64,000 nt of DNA from Eledone cirrhosa (lineage: Eukaryota): positions 353,586,001-353,650,000 of the forward strand of contig OZ024743.1 in the NCBI GenBank assembly GCA_964016885.1, written 5' to 3'. A program made the position numbers and the translations under genes. The notes below the pieces were generated by a model, which was not told where the DNA came from, searched no databases, and saw only the letters and a list, made by a program, of their open reading frames with translations. Shown piece by piece: positions 50,701-64,000 of this stretch (positions within the stretch are counted from its first letter, which is position 1; every line of letters begins with the position of its first letter).

Positions 50701-53700
50701 CTGCCATACCAACAACACCATAACACTGTCAACAATAACACCACCACAAGAACCATTTCAATACAAACACTTCCATGATGCTGCCCATACCAACACCTCC
50801 ATAACACTGTCAACAATAACACCACCACAAGAACCATTTCAATACAAACACTTCCATGAAACTGCCCATACCAACACCACCATAACACTGCCAACAATAA
50901 CGCCACCACAAGAACAATTTCAATACAAACACTTCCATGATGCTGCCATATCAACAACACCAAAACACTGCCAACAATAACACCACCACAAGAACTATTT
51001 CAATACAAACACTTCCATGATGCTGCCCATACCAACAAAACCATAACACTGCCAACAATAACACCACCACAAGAACCATTTCAATACAAACACTTCCATG
51101 ATCCTGCCCATACCAACACCACCATAACACTGTCAACAATAACACCACCACAAGAACCATTTCAATACAAACATTTCCATGATCCTGCCCATACCAACAC
51201 CACCATAACACTGCCGACATAACACCACCACAAGAACCATTTCAATACAAACACATCCATGATGCTAGATACGAACAACACCACAACACTGCCAACAATA
51301 ACACCACCACAAGAACCATTTCAATACAAACACTTCCATGATGCTGTCATACCAACACCATCATAACACTGCCAACAATAACACCACCACAAGAACCATT
51401 TCAATACAAACACTTCCATGATGCTGTCATACCAACACCACCATAACACTGCCAACAATAACACCAACACAAGAAACATTTCAATACAAAGACTTCCATG
51501 ATGCTGCCATACCAACACCACCATAACACTGCCAACAATAACACCACCACAAGAACCATTTCAATACAAACACTTCCATGATGCTAGATACCAACAACAC
51601 CATAACACTGCCAACAATAACACCACCACAAGAACCATTTCAATACAAACACTTCCACGATGCTGCCATACCAACAACACCATAACACTGCCAACAATAA
51701 CACCACCACAAGAACCATTTCAATACAAACACATCCATGATGCTGCTATACCAACAACAACATAACACTGCCAACAATAACACCACCACAAGAACCATTT
51801 CAATACAAACACTTCCATGATCATGCCATACCAACAACATCATAACACTGCCAACAATAACACCACCACAAGAACCATTTCAATACAAACACTTCCATGA
51901 TCATGCCATACCAACAACATCATAACACCACCACAAGAACAATTTCAATACAAACACTTCCATGATGCTGCCATACCAACAACACTATAACACTGCCAAC
52001 AATAACACCACCACAAGAACCATTTCAATACAAACACTTCCATGATGTTGTCATACCAACACCACCATAACACTGCCAACAATAACGCCACCACAAGAAC
52101 CATTTCAATACAAACACTTCCATGATGCTGCCATACCAACAACACCATAACACTGTCAACAATAACACCACCACAAGAACTATTTCAATACAAACACTTC
52201 CATGATGCTGCCCATACCAACAAAACCATAACACTGCCAACAATAACACCACCACAAGAACCATTTCAATACAAACACTTCCATGATCCTGCCCATACCA
52301 ACACCACCATAACACTGTCAACAATAACACCACCACAAGAACCATTTCAATACAAACATTTCCATGATCCTGCCCATACCAACACCACCATAACACTGCC
52401 GACATAACACCACCACAAGAACCATTTCAATACAAACACATCCATGATGCTAGATACGAACAACACCACAACACTGCCAACAATAACACCACCACAAGAA
52501 CCATTTCAATACAAACACTTCCATGATGCTGTCATACCAACACCATCATAACACTGCCAACAATAACACCACCACAAGAACCATTTCAATACAAACACTT
52601 CCATGATGCTGTCATACCAACACCACCATAACACTGCCAACAATAACACCAACACATTAAACATTTCAATACAAACACTTCCATGATGCTGCCATACCAA
52701 CACCACCATAACACTGCCAACAATAACACCACCACAAGAACCATTTCAATACAAACACTTCCATGATGCTAGATACCAACAACACCATAACACTGCCAAC
52801 AATAACACCACCACAAGAACCATTTCAATACAAACACTTCCACGATGCTGCCATACCAACAACACCATAACACTGCCAACAATAACACCACCACAAGAAC
52901 CATTTCAATACAAACACATCCATGATGCTGCTATACCAACAACAACATAACACTGCCAACAATAACACCACCACAAGAACCATTTCAATACAAACACTTC
53001 CATGATCATGCCATACCAACAACATCATAACACTGCCAACAATAACACCACCACAAGAACCATTTCAATACAAACACTTGCATGATCATGCCATACCAAC
53101 AACATCATAACACCACCACAAGAACAATTTCAATACAAACACTTCCATGATGCTGCCATACCAACAACACTATAACACTGCCAACAATAACACCACCACA
53201 AGAACCATTTCAATACAAACACTTCCATGATGTTGTCATACCAACAACATCATAACACTGCCAACAATAACACCACCACAAAAACAATTTCAATACAAAC
53301 ACTTCCATGATGCTGCCATACCAACAACACCATAACACTGCCAACAATAACACCACCACAAGAACCATTTCAATACAAACACTTCCATGATGCTGCCATA
53401 CCAACAACACCATAACACTGCCAACAATAACACCACCACAAGAACCATTTCAATACAAACACTTCCATGATGCTGCCCATATCAACACCACCATAACACT
53501 GCCAACAATAACACCACCACAAGAACCATTTCAATACAAACACTTCCATGATGCTGCCATACCAACACCACCATAACACTGCCAACAATAACACTACCAC
53601 AAGAACTATTTCAATACAAACCCTTCCATGAAACTGCCCATACCAACACCACCATAACACTGCCAACAATAACACCACCACAAGAACTATTTCAATACAA

Positions 53701-56700
53701 ACCCTTCCATGATCCTGCCCATACCAACACCAGCATAACACTGCCAACAATAACGCCACCACAAGAACCATTTCAATACAAACACTTCCATGATGCTGCC
53801 ATACCAACACCACCATAACACTGCCAACAATAACACCACCACAAGAACCATTTCAATACAAACACTTCCATGATGCTGTCATACCAACAACACTATAACA
53901 CTGCCAACAATAACACCACCACAAGAACCATTTCAATACAAACACTTCCATGATGCTGCCATACCAACACCACCATAACACTGCCAACAATAACACCACC
54001 ACAAGAACCATTTCAATACAAACACTTCCATGATGCTGTCATACCAACAACACTATAACACTGCCAACAATAACACCACCACAAGAACCATTTCAATACA
54101 AACACTTCCATGATGCTGCCATACCAACACTACCATAACACTGCCAACAATAACACCACCACAAGAACCATTTCAATACAAACACTTCCATGATGTTGCC
54201 ATACCAACAACACCATAACACTGCCGACAACAACACCACCACAAGAACCATTTCAATACAAACACTTCCATGACATTGCCCATATCAACACCACCATAAC
54301 ACTGCCAACAATAACACCACCACAAGAACCATTTCAATACAAACACTTCCATGATGCTGCCATACCAACACCACCATAACACTGTCAACAATAACACCAC
54401 CACAAGAACCATTTCAATACAAACACTTCCATGATGCTGCCATACCAACACCACCATAAAACTGCCAACAATAACACCACCACAAGAACCATTTCAATAC
54501 AAACACTTCCACGATGCTGCCATACCAACAACACCATAACACTGCCAACAATAACACCACCACAAGAACTATTTCAATACAGACCCTTCCATGAAACTGC
54601 CCATACCAACACCACCATAACACTGCCAACAATAACGCCACTACAAGAACCATTTCAATACAAACACTTCCATGATGCTGCCATACCAACAACACCATAA
54701 CACTGTCAACAATAACACCACCACAAGAACCATTTCAATACAAACACTTCCATGATGCTGCCCATACCAACACCTCCATAACACTGTCAACAATAACACC
54801 ACCACAAGAACCATTTCAATACAAACACTTCCATGAAACTGCCCATACCAACACCACCATAACACTGTCAACAATAACGCCACCACAAGAACAATTTCAA
54901 TACAAACACTTCCATGATGCTGCCATACCAACAACACCAAAACACTGCCAACAATAACACCACCACAAGAACTATTTCAATACAAACACTTCCATGATGC
55001 TGCCCATACCAACAAAACCATAACACTGCCAACAATAACACCACCACAAGAACCATTTCAATACAAACACTTCCATGATCCTGCCCATACCAACACCACC
55101 ATAACACTGCCGACATAACACCACCACAAGAACCATTTCAATACAAACACTTCCATGATGCTAGATACCAACAACACCATAACACTGCCAACATAACACC
55201 ACCACAAGAACCATTTCAATACAGACACTTCCATGATGCTGTCATACCAACACCACCATAACACTGCCAACAATAACACCACCACAAGAACCATTTCAAT
55301 ACAAACACTTCCATGATGCTAGATACCAACAACACCATAACACTGTCAACAATAACACCACCACAAGAACCATTTCAATACAAACACTTCCATGATGCCG
55401 CTATACCAACACCACCATAACACTGTCAACAATAACACCACCACAAGAAACATTTCAATACAAACACTTCCATGATGCTGCCATACCAACAACACCATAA
55501 CACTGCCGACAACAACACCACCACAAGTACCATTTCAATACAAACACTTCCATGACATTGCCCATATCAACACCACCATAACACTGCCAACAATAACACC
55601 ACCACAAGAACCATTTCAATACAAACACTTCCATGATGCTGCCATACCAACACCACCATAAAACTGCCAACAATAACACCACCACAAGAACCATTTCAAT
55701 ACAAACACTTCCACGATGCTGCCATACCAACAACACCATAACACTGCCAACAATAACACCACCACAAGAACTATTTCAATACAGACCCTTCCATGAAACT
55801 GCCCATACCAACACCACCATAACACCGCCAACAATAACGCCACTACAAGAACCATTTCAATACAAACACTTCCATGATGCTGCCATACCAACAACACCAT
55901 AACACTGTCAACAATAACACCACCACAAGAACCATTTCAATACAAACACTTCCATGATGCTGCCCATACCAACACCTCCATAACACTGTCAACAATAACA
56001 CCACCACAAGAACCATTTCAATACAAACACTTCCATGAAACTGCCCATACCAACACCACCATAACACTGTCAACAATAACGCCACCACAAGAACAATTTC
56101 AATACAAACACTTCCATGATGCTGCCATACCAACAACACCAAAACACTGCCAACAATAACACCACCACAAGAACTATTTCAATACAAACACTTCCATGAT
56201 GCTGCCCATACCAACAAAACCATAACACTGCCAACAATAACACCACCACAAGAACCATTTCAATACAAACACTTCCATGATCCTGCCCATACCAACACCA
56301 CCATAACACTGCCGACATAACACCACCACAAGAACCATTTCAATACAAACACTTCCATGATGCTAGATACCAACAACACCATAACACTGCCAACATAACA
56401 CCACCACAAGAACCATTTCAATACAGACACTTCCATGATGCTGTCATACCAACACCACCATAACACTGCCAACAATAACACCACCACAAGAACCATTTCA
56501 ATACAAACACTTCCATGATGCTAGATACCAACAACACCATAACACTGTCAACAATAACACCACCACAAGAACCATTTCAATACAAACACTTCCATGATGC
56601 CGCTATACCAACACCACCATAACACTGTCAACAATAACACCACCACAAGAAACATTTCAATATAAACACTTCCATGATGCTGCCATACCAACAACACCAT

Positions 56701-59700
56701 AACACTGCCGACAACAACATCACCACAAGAACCATTTCAATACAAACACTTCCATGACATTGCCCATATCAACACCACCATAACACTGCCAACAATAACA
56801 CCACCACAAGAACCATTTCAATACAAACACTTCCATGATGCTGCCATACCAACACCACCATAACACTGTCAACAATAACACCACCACAAGAACCATTTCA
56901 ATACAAACACTTCCATGATGCTGCCATACCAACACCACCATAAAACTGCCAACAATAACACCACCACAAGAACCATTTCAATACAAACACTTCCATGATG
57001 CTGCCATACCAACAACACCATAACACTGCCAACAATAACACCACCACAAGAACTATTTCAATACAGACCCTTCCATGAAACTGCCCATACCAACACCACC
57101 ATAACACTGCCAACAATAACGCCACCACAAGAACCATTTCAATACAAACACTTCCATGATGCTGCCATACCAACAACACCATAACACTGTCAACAATAAC
57201 ACCACCACAAGAACCATTTCAATACAAACACTTCCATGATGCTGCCCATATCAACACCTCCATAACACTGTCAACAATAGCACCACCACAAGAACCATTT
57301 CAATACAAACACTTCCATGAAACTGCCCATACCAACACCACCATAACACTGCCAACAATAACGCCACCACAAGAACAATTTCAATACAAACACTTCCATG
57401 ATGCTGCCATACCAACAACACCAAAACGCTGCCAACAATAACACCACCACAAGAACTATTTCAATACAAACACTTCCATGATGCTGCCCATACCAACAAA
57501 ACCATAACACTGCCAACAATAACACCACCACAAGAACCATTTCAATACAAACACTTCCATGATCCTGCCCATACCAACACCACCATAACACTGTCAACAA
57601 TAACACCACCACAAGAACCATTTCAATACAAACACTTCCATGATCCTGCCCATACCAACACCACCATAACACTGCCGACATAACACCACCACAAGAACCA
57701 TTTCAATACAAACACATCCATGATGCTAGATACGAACAACACCACAACACTGCCAACAATAACACCACCACAAGAACCATTTCAATACAAACACTTCCAT
57801 GATGCTGTCATACCAACACCATCATAACACTGCCAACAATAACACCACCACAAGAACCATTTCAATACAAACACTTCCATGATGCTGTCATACCAACACC
57901 ACCATAACACTGCCAACAATAACACCAACACAAGAAACATTTCAATACAAACACTTCCATGATGCTGCCATACCAACACCACCATAACACTGCCAACAAT
58001 AACACCACCACAAGAACCATTTCAATACAAACACTTCCATGATGCTAGATACCAACAACACCATAACACTGCCAACAATAACACCACCACAAGAACCATT
58101 TCAATACAAACACTTCCACGATGCTGCCATACCAACAACACCATAACACTGCCAACAATAACACCACCACAAGAACCATTTCAATACAAACACATCCATG
58201 ATGCTGCTATACCAACAACAACATAACACTGCCAACAATAACACCACCACAAGAACCATTTCAATACAAACACTTCCATGATGCTGCCATACCAACAACA
58301 CCATAACACTGCCAACAATAACACCACCACAAGAACTATTTCAATACAGACCCTTCCATGAAACTGCCCATACCAACACCACCATAACACTGCCAACAAT
58401 AACGCCACTACAAGAACCATTTCAATACAAACACTTCCATGATGCTGCCATACCAACAACACCATAACACTGTCAACAATAACACCACCACAAGAACCAT
58501 TTCAATACAAACACTTCCATGATGCTGCCCATACCAACACCTCCATAACACTGTCAACAATAACACCACCACAAGAACCATTTCAATACAAACACTTCCA
58601 TGAAACTGCCCATACCAACACCACCATAACACTGCCAACAATAACGCCACCACAAGAACAATTTCAATACAAACACTTCCATGATGCTGCCATACCAACA
58701 ACACCAAAACACTGCCAACAATAACACCACCACAAGAACTATTTCAATACAAACACTTCCATGATGCTGCCCATACCAACAAAACCATAACACTGCCAAC
58801 AATAACGCCACCACAAGAACCATTTCAATACAAACACTTCCATGATGCTGCCATACCAACGCCACCATAACACTGCCAACAATAACACCACCACAAGAAC
58901 CATTTCAATACAAACACTTCCATGATGCTGTCATACCAACAACACTATAACACTGCCAACAATAACACCACCACAAGAACCATTTCAATACAAACACTTC
59001 CATGATGCTGCCATACCAACACCACCATAACACTGCCAACAATAACACCACCACAAGAACCATTTCAATACAAACACTTCCATGATGCTGTCATACCAAC
59101 AACACTATAACACTGCCAACAATAACACCACCACAAGAACCATTTCAATACAAACACTTCCATGATGCTGCCATACCAACACCACCATAACACTGCCAAC
59201 AATAACACCACCACAAGAACCATTTCAATACAAACACTTCCATGATGTTGCCATACCAACAACACCATAACACTGCCGACAACAACACCACCACAAGAAC
59301 CATTTCAATACAAACACTTCCATGACATTGCCCATATCAACACCACCATAACACTGTCAACAATAACACCACCACAAGAACCATTTCAATACAAACACTT
59401 CCATGATGCTGCCATACCAACACCACCATAACACTGTCAACAATAACACCACCACAAGAACAATTTCAATACAAACACTTCCATGATGCTGCCATACCAA
59501 CACCACCATAAAACTGCCAACAATAACACCACCACAAGAACCATTTCAATACAAACACTTCCATGATGCTGCCATACCAACAACACCATAACACTGCCAA
59601 CAATAACACCACCACAAGAACTATTTCAATACAGACCCTTCCATGAAACTGCCCATACCAACACCACCATAACACTGCCAACAATAACGCCACTACAAGA

Positions 59701-62700
59701 ACCATTTCAATACAAACACTTCCATGATGCTGCCATACCAACAACACCATAACACTGTCAACAATAACACCACCACAAGAACCATTTCAATACAAACACT
59801 TCCATGATGCTGCCCATACCAACACCTCCATAACACTGTCAACAATAACACCACCACAAGAACCATTTCAATACAAACACTTCCATGACATTGCCCATAT
59901 CAACACCACCATAACACTGTCAACAATAACACCACCACAAGAACCATTTCAATACAAACACTTCCATGATGCTGCCATACCAACACCACCATAACACTGT
60001 CAACAATAACACCACCACAAGAACAATTTCAATACAAACACTTCCATGATGCTGCCATACCAACACCACCATAAAACTGCCAACAATAACACCACCACAA
60101 GAACCATTTCAATACAAACACTTCCATGATGCTGCCATACCAACAACACCATAACACTGCCAACAATAACACCACCACAAGAACTATTTCAATACAGACC
60201 CTTCCATGAAACTGCCCATACCAACACCACCATAACACTGCCAACAATAACGCCACTACAAGAACCATTTCAATACAAACACTTCCATGATGCTGCCATA
60301 CCAACAACACCATAACACTGTCAACAATAACACCACCACAAGAACCATTTCAATACAAACACTTCCATGATGCTGCCCATACCAACACCTCCATAACACT
60401 GTCAACAATAACACCACCACAAGAACCATTTCAATACAAACACTTCCATGAAACTGCCCATACCAACACCACCATAACACTGCCAACAATAACGCCACCA
60501 CAAGAACAATTTCAATACAAACACTTCCATGATGCTGCCATACCAACAACACCAAAACACTGCCAACAATAACACCACCACAAGAACTATTTCAATACAA
60601 ACACTTCCATGATGCTGCCCATACCAACAAAACCATAACACTGCCAACAATAACACCACCACAAGAACCATTTCAATACAAACACTTCCATGATCCTGCC
60701 CATACCAACACCACCATAACACTGCCGACATAACACCACCACAAGAACCACCATTTCAATACAAACACTTCCATGATGCTAGATACCAACAACACCATAA
60801 CACTGCCGACATAACACCACCACAAGAACCATTTCAATACAGACACTTCCATGATGCTGTCATACCAACACCACCATAACACTGCCAACAATAACACCAC
60901 CACAAGAACCATTTCAATACAAACACTTCCATGATGCTAGATACCAACAACACCATAACACTGCCAACAATAACACCACTACAAGAACAATTTCAATACA
61001 AACACTTCCATGATGCTGCCATACCAACACCACCATAAAACTGCCAACAATAACACCACCACAAGAACCATTTCAATACAAACACTTCCATGATGCTGCC
61101 ATACCAACAACACCATAACACTGCCAACAATAACACCACCACAAGAACTATTTCAATACAGACACTTCCATGAAACTGCCCATACCAACACCACCATAAC
61201 ACTGCCAACAATAACGCCACTACAAGAACCATTTCAATACAAACACTTCCATGATGCTGCCATACCAACAACACCATAACACTGTCAACAATAACACCAC
61301 CACAAGAACCATTTCAATACAAACACTTCCATGATGCTGCCCATACCAACACCTCCATAACACTGTCAACAATAACACCACCACAAGAACCATTTCAATA
61401 CAAACACTTCCATGAAACTGCCCATACCAACACCACCATAACACTGCCAACAATAACGCCACCACAAGAACAATTTCAATACAAACACTTCCATGATGCT
61501 GCCATACCAACAACACCAAAACACTGCCAACAATAACACCACCACAAGAACTATTTCAATACAAACACTTCCATGATGCTGCCCATACCAACAAAACCAT
61601 AACACTGCCAACAATAACGCCACCACAAGAACCATTTCAATACAAACACTTCCATGATGCTGCCATACCAACGCCACCATAACACTGCCAACAATAACAC
61701 CACCACAAGAACCATTTCAATACAAACACTTCCATGATGCTGTCATACCAACAACACTATAACACTACCAACAATAACACCACCACAAGAACCATTTCAA
61801 TACAAACACTTCCATGATGCTGCCATACCAACACCACCATAACACTGCCAACAATAACACCACCACAAGAACCATTTCAATACAAACACTTCCATGATGC
61901 TGTCATACCAACAACACTATAACACTGCCAACAATAACACCACCACAAGAACCATTTCAATACAAACACTTCCATGATGCTGCCATACCAACACCACCAT
62001 AACACTGCCAACAATAACACCACCACAAGAACCATTTCAATACAAACACTTCCATGATGTTGCCATACCAACAACACCATAACACTGCCGACAACAACAC
62101 CACCACAAGAACCATTTCAATACAAACACTTCCATGACATTGCCCATATCAACACCACCATAACACTGTCAACAATAACACCACCACAAGAACCATTTCA
62201 ATACAAACACTTCCATGATGCTGCCATACCAACACCACCATAACACTGTCAACAATAACACCACCACAAGAACAATTTCAATACAAACACTTCCATGATG
62301 CTGCCATACCAACACCACCATAAAACTGCCAACAATAACACCACCACAAGAACCATTTCAATACAAACACTTCCATGATGCTGCCATACCAACAACACCA
62401 TAACACTGCCAACAATAACACCACCACAAGAACTATTTCAATACAGACCCTTCCATGAAACTGCCCATACCAACACCACCATAACACTGCCAACAATAAC
62501 GCCACTACAAGAACCATTTCAATACAAACACTTCCATGATGCTGCCATACCAACAACACCATAACACTGTCAACAATAACACCACCACAAGAACCATTTC
62601 AATACAAACACTTCCATGATGCTGCCCATACCAACACCTCCATAACACTGTCAACAATAACACCACCACAAGAACCATTTCAATACAAACACTTCCATGA

Positions 62701-64000
62701 AACTGCCCATACCAACACCACCATAACACTGCCAACAATAACGCCACCACAAGAACAATTTCAATACAAACACTTCCATGATGCTGCCATACCAACAACA
62801 CCAAAACACTGCCAACAATAACACCACCACAAGAACTATTTCAATACAAACACTTCCATGATGCTGCCCATACCAACAAAACCATAACACTGCCAACAAT
62901 AACACCACCACAAGAACCATTTCAATACAAACACTTCCATGATCCTGCCCATACCAACACCACCATAACACTGCCGACATAACACCACCACAAGAACCAC
63001 CATTTCAATACAAACACTTCCATGATGCTAGATACCAACAACACCATAACACTGCCGACATAACACCACCACAAGAACCATTTCAATACAGACACTTCCA
63101 TGATGCTGTCATACCAACACCACCATAACACTGCCAACAATAACACCACCACAAGAACCATTTCAATACAAACACTTCCATGATGCTAGATACCAACAAC
63201 ACCATAACACTGTCAACAATAACACCACCACAAGAACCATTTCAATACAAACACTTCCATGATGCCGCTATACCAACAACACCATAACACTGCCAACAAT
63301 AACACCACCACAAGAACCATTTCAATACAAACACTTACATGATGTTGCCATACCAACAACACCAGAACACTGCCGACAACAACACCACCACAAGAACCAT
63401 TTCAATACAAACACTTCCATGATGTTGCCATACCAACAACACCATAACACTGCCAACAATAACACCACCACAAGAACCATTTGAATACAAACACTTCCAT
63501 GATGCTGCCATACCAACAACACCATAACACCGTCAACAATAACACCACTACAAGAACCATTTCAATACAAACACTTCCATGATGCCGCTATACCAACAAC
63601 ACCATAACACTGCCAACAATAACACCACCACAAGAACCATTTCAATACAAACACTTCCATGATGCTGCCATACCAACAACACCATAACACTGTCAACAAT
63701 AACACCACCACAAGAACCATTTCAATACAAACACTTCCATGATGTTGCCATACCAACAACACCATAACACTGCCAACAATAACACCACCACAAGAACTAT
63801 TTCAATACAAACCCTTCCAAGAAACTGCCCATACCAACACCACAATAACACTGCCGACAATAACACCACCACAAGAACCATTTCAATACAAACACTTCCA
63901 TGATCCTGCCCATACCAACAACACCATAACACTGTCAACAATAACACCACCACAAGAACCATTTCAATACAAACACTTCCATGATGCTGCCATACAAACA
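44752..64000. repeat. 80-bp satellite (~240 monomers of 79-81 bp, some shorter) with higher-order repeats; runs off the window
   Basis: Consensus ACACTTCCATGATGCTGCCATACCAACAACACCATAACACTGCCAACAATAACACCACCACAAGAACCATTTCAATACAA. Variant blocks recur at offsets 2408, 2649, 1185, 1202, 2249 and 2812. Confidence 0.97.

Noticed and set aside
44752-64000. CRISPR array or tandem membrane-protein ORFs
   Set aside because: No unique spacers or cas genes, and the context is eukaryotic. The 80-bp period shifts frame, so the ORFs are satellite translations. I saw no hammerhead core in the monomer.

Overview
Repeat-saturated, AT-rich eukaryotic (metazoan) DNA with no recognisable host gene. The microsatellite load and SINE type suggest an octopod cephalopod, but that is inference. 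Contents in order: the end of a ~428-bp tandem repeat with a hammerhead ribozyme (1-480); an ~11-kb (GGT)n/GGTTAGTTGT satellite with higher-order periodicity; a decayed, 5'-truncated L1/Tx1-clade LINE followed directly by an apparently intact full-length relative (zinc-knuckle ORF1, APE-RT ORF2), both ending in (TATC)n; SINE, hAT and LINE fragments and microsatellites; a 7.2-kb array of near-identical 493-bp units with an internal inversion; a mariner relic; and >19 kb of an 80-bp satellite running off the window. The main find is that each complete 493-bp unit carries a minimal type I hammerhead ribozyme: 14 copies, 12 on - and 2 on +, with a palindromic helix III and a long helix I that covaries with the diverged family at the window start. 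This looks like a retrozyme / newt-satellite-2-like system predicted to give ~493-nt self-cleaved, possibly circular RNAs. It is accompanied by several fold-back palindromes made from other hammerhead families, resembling Penelope-like pLTR relics next to (TA)n.
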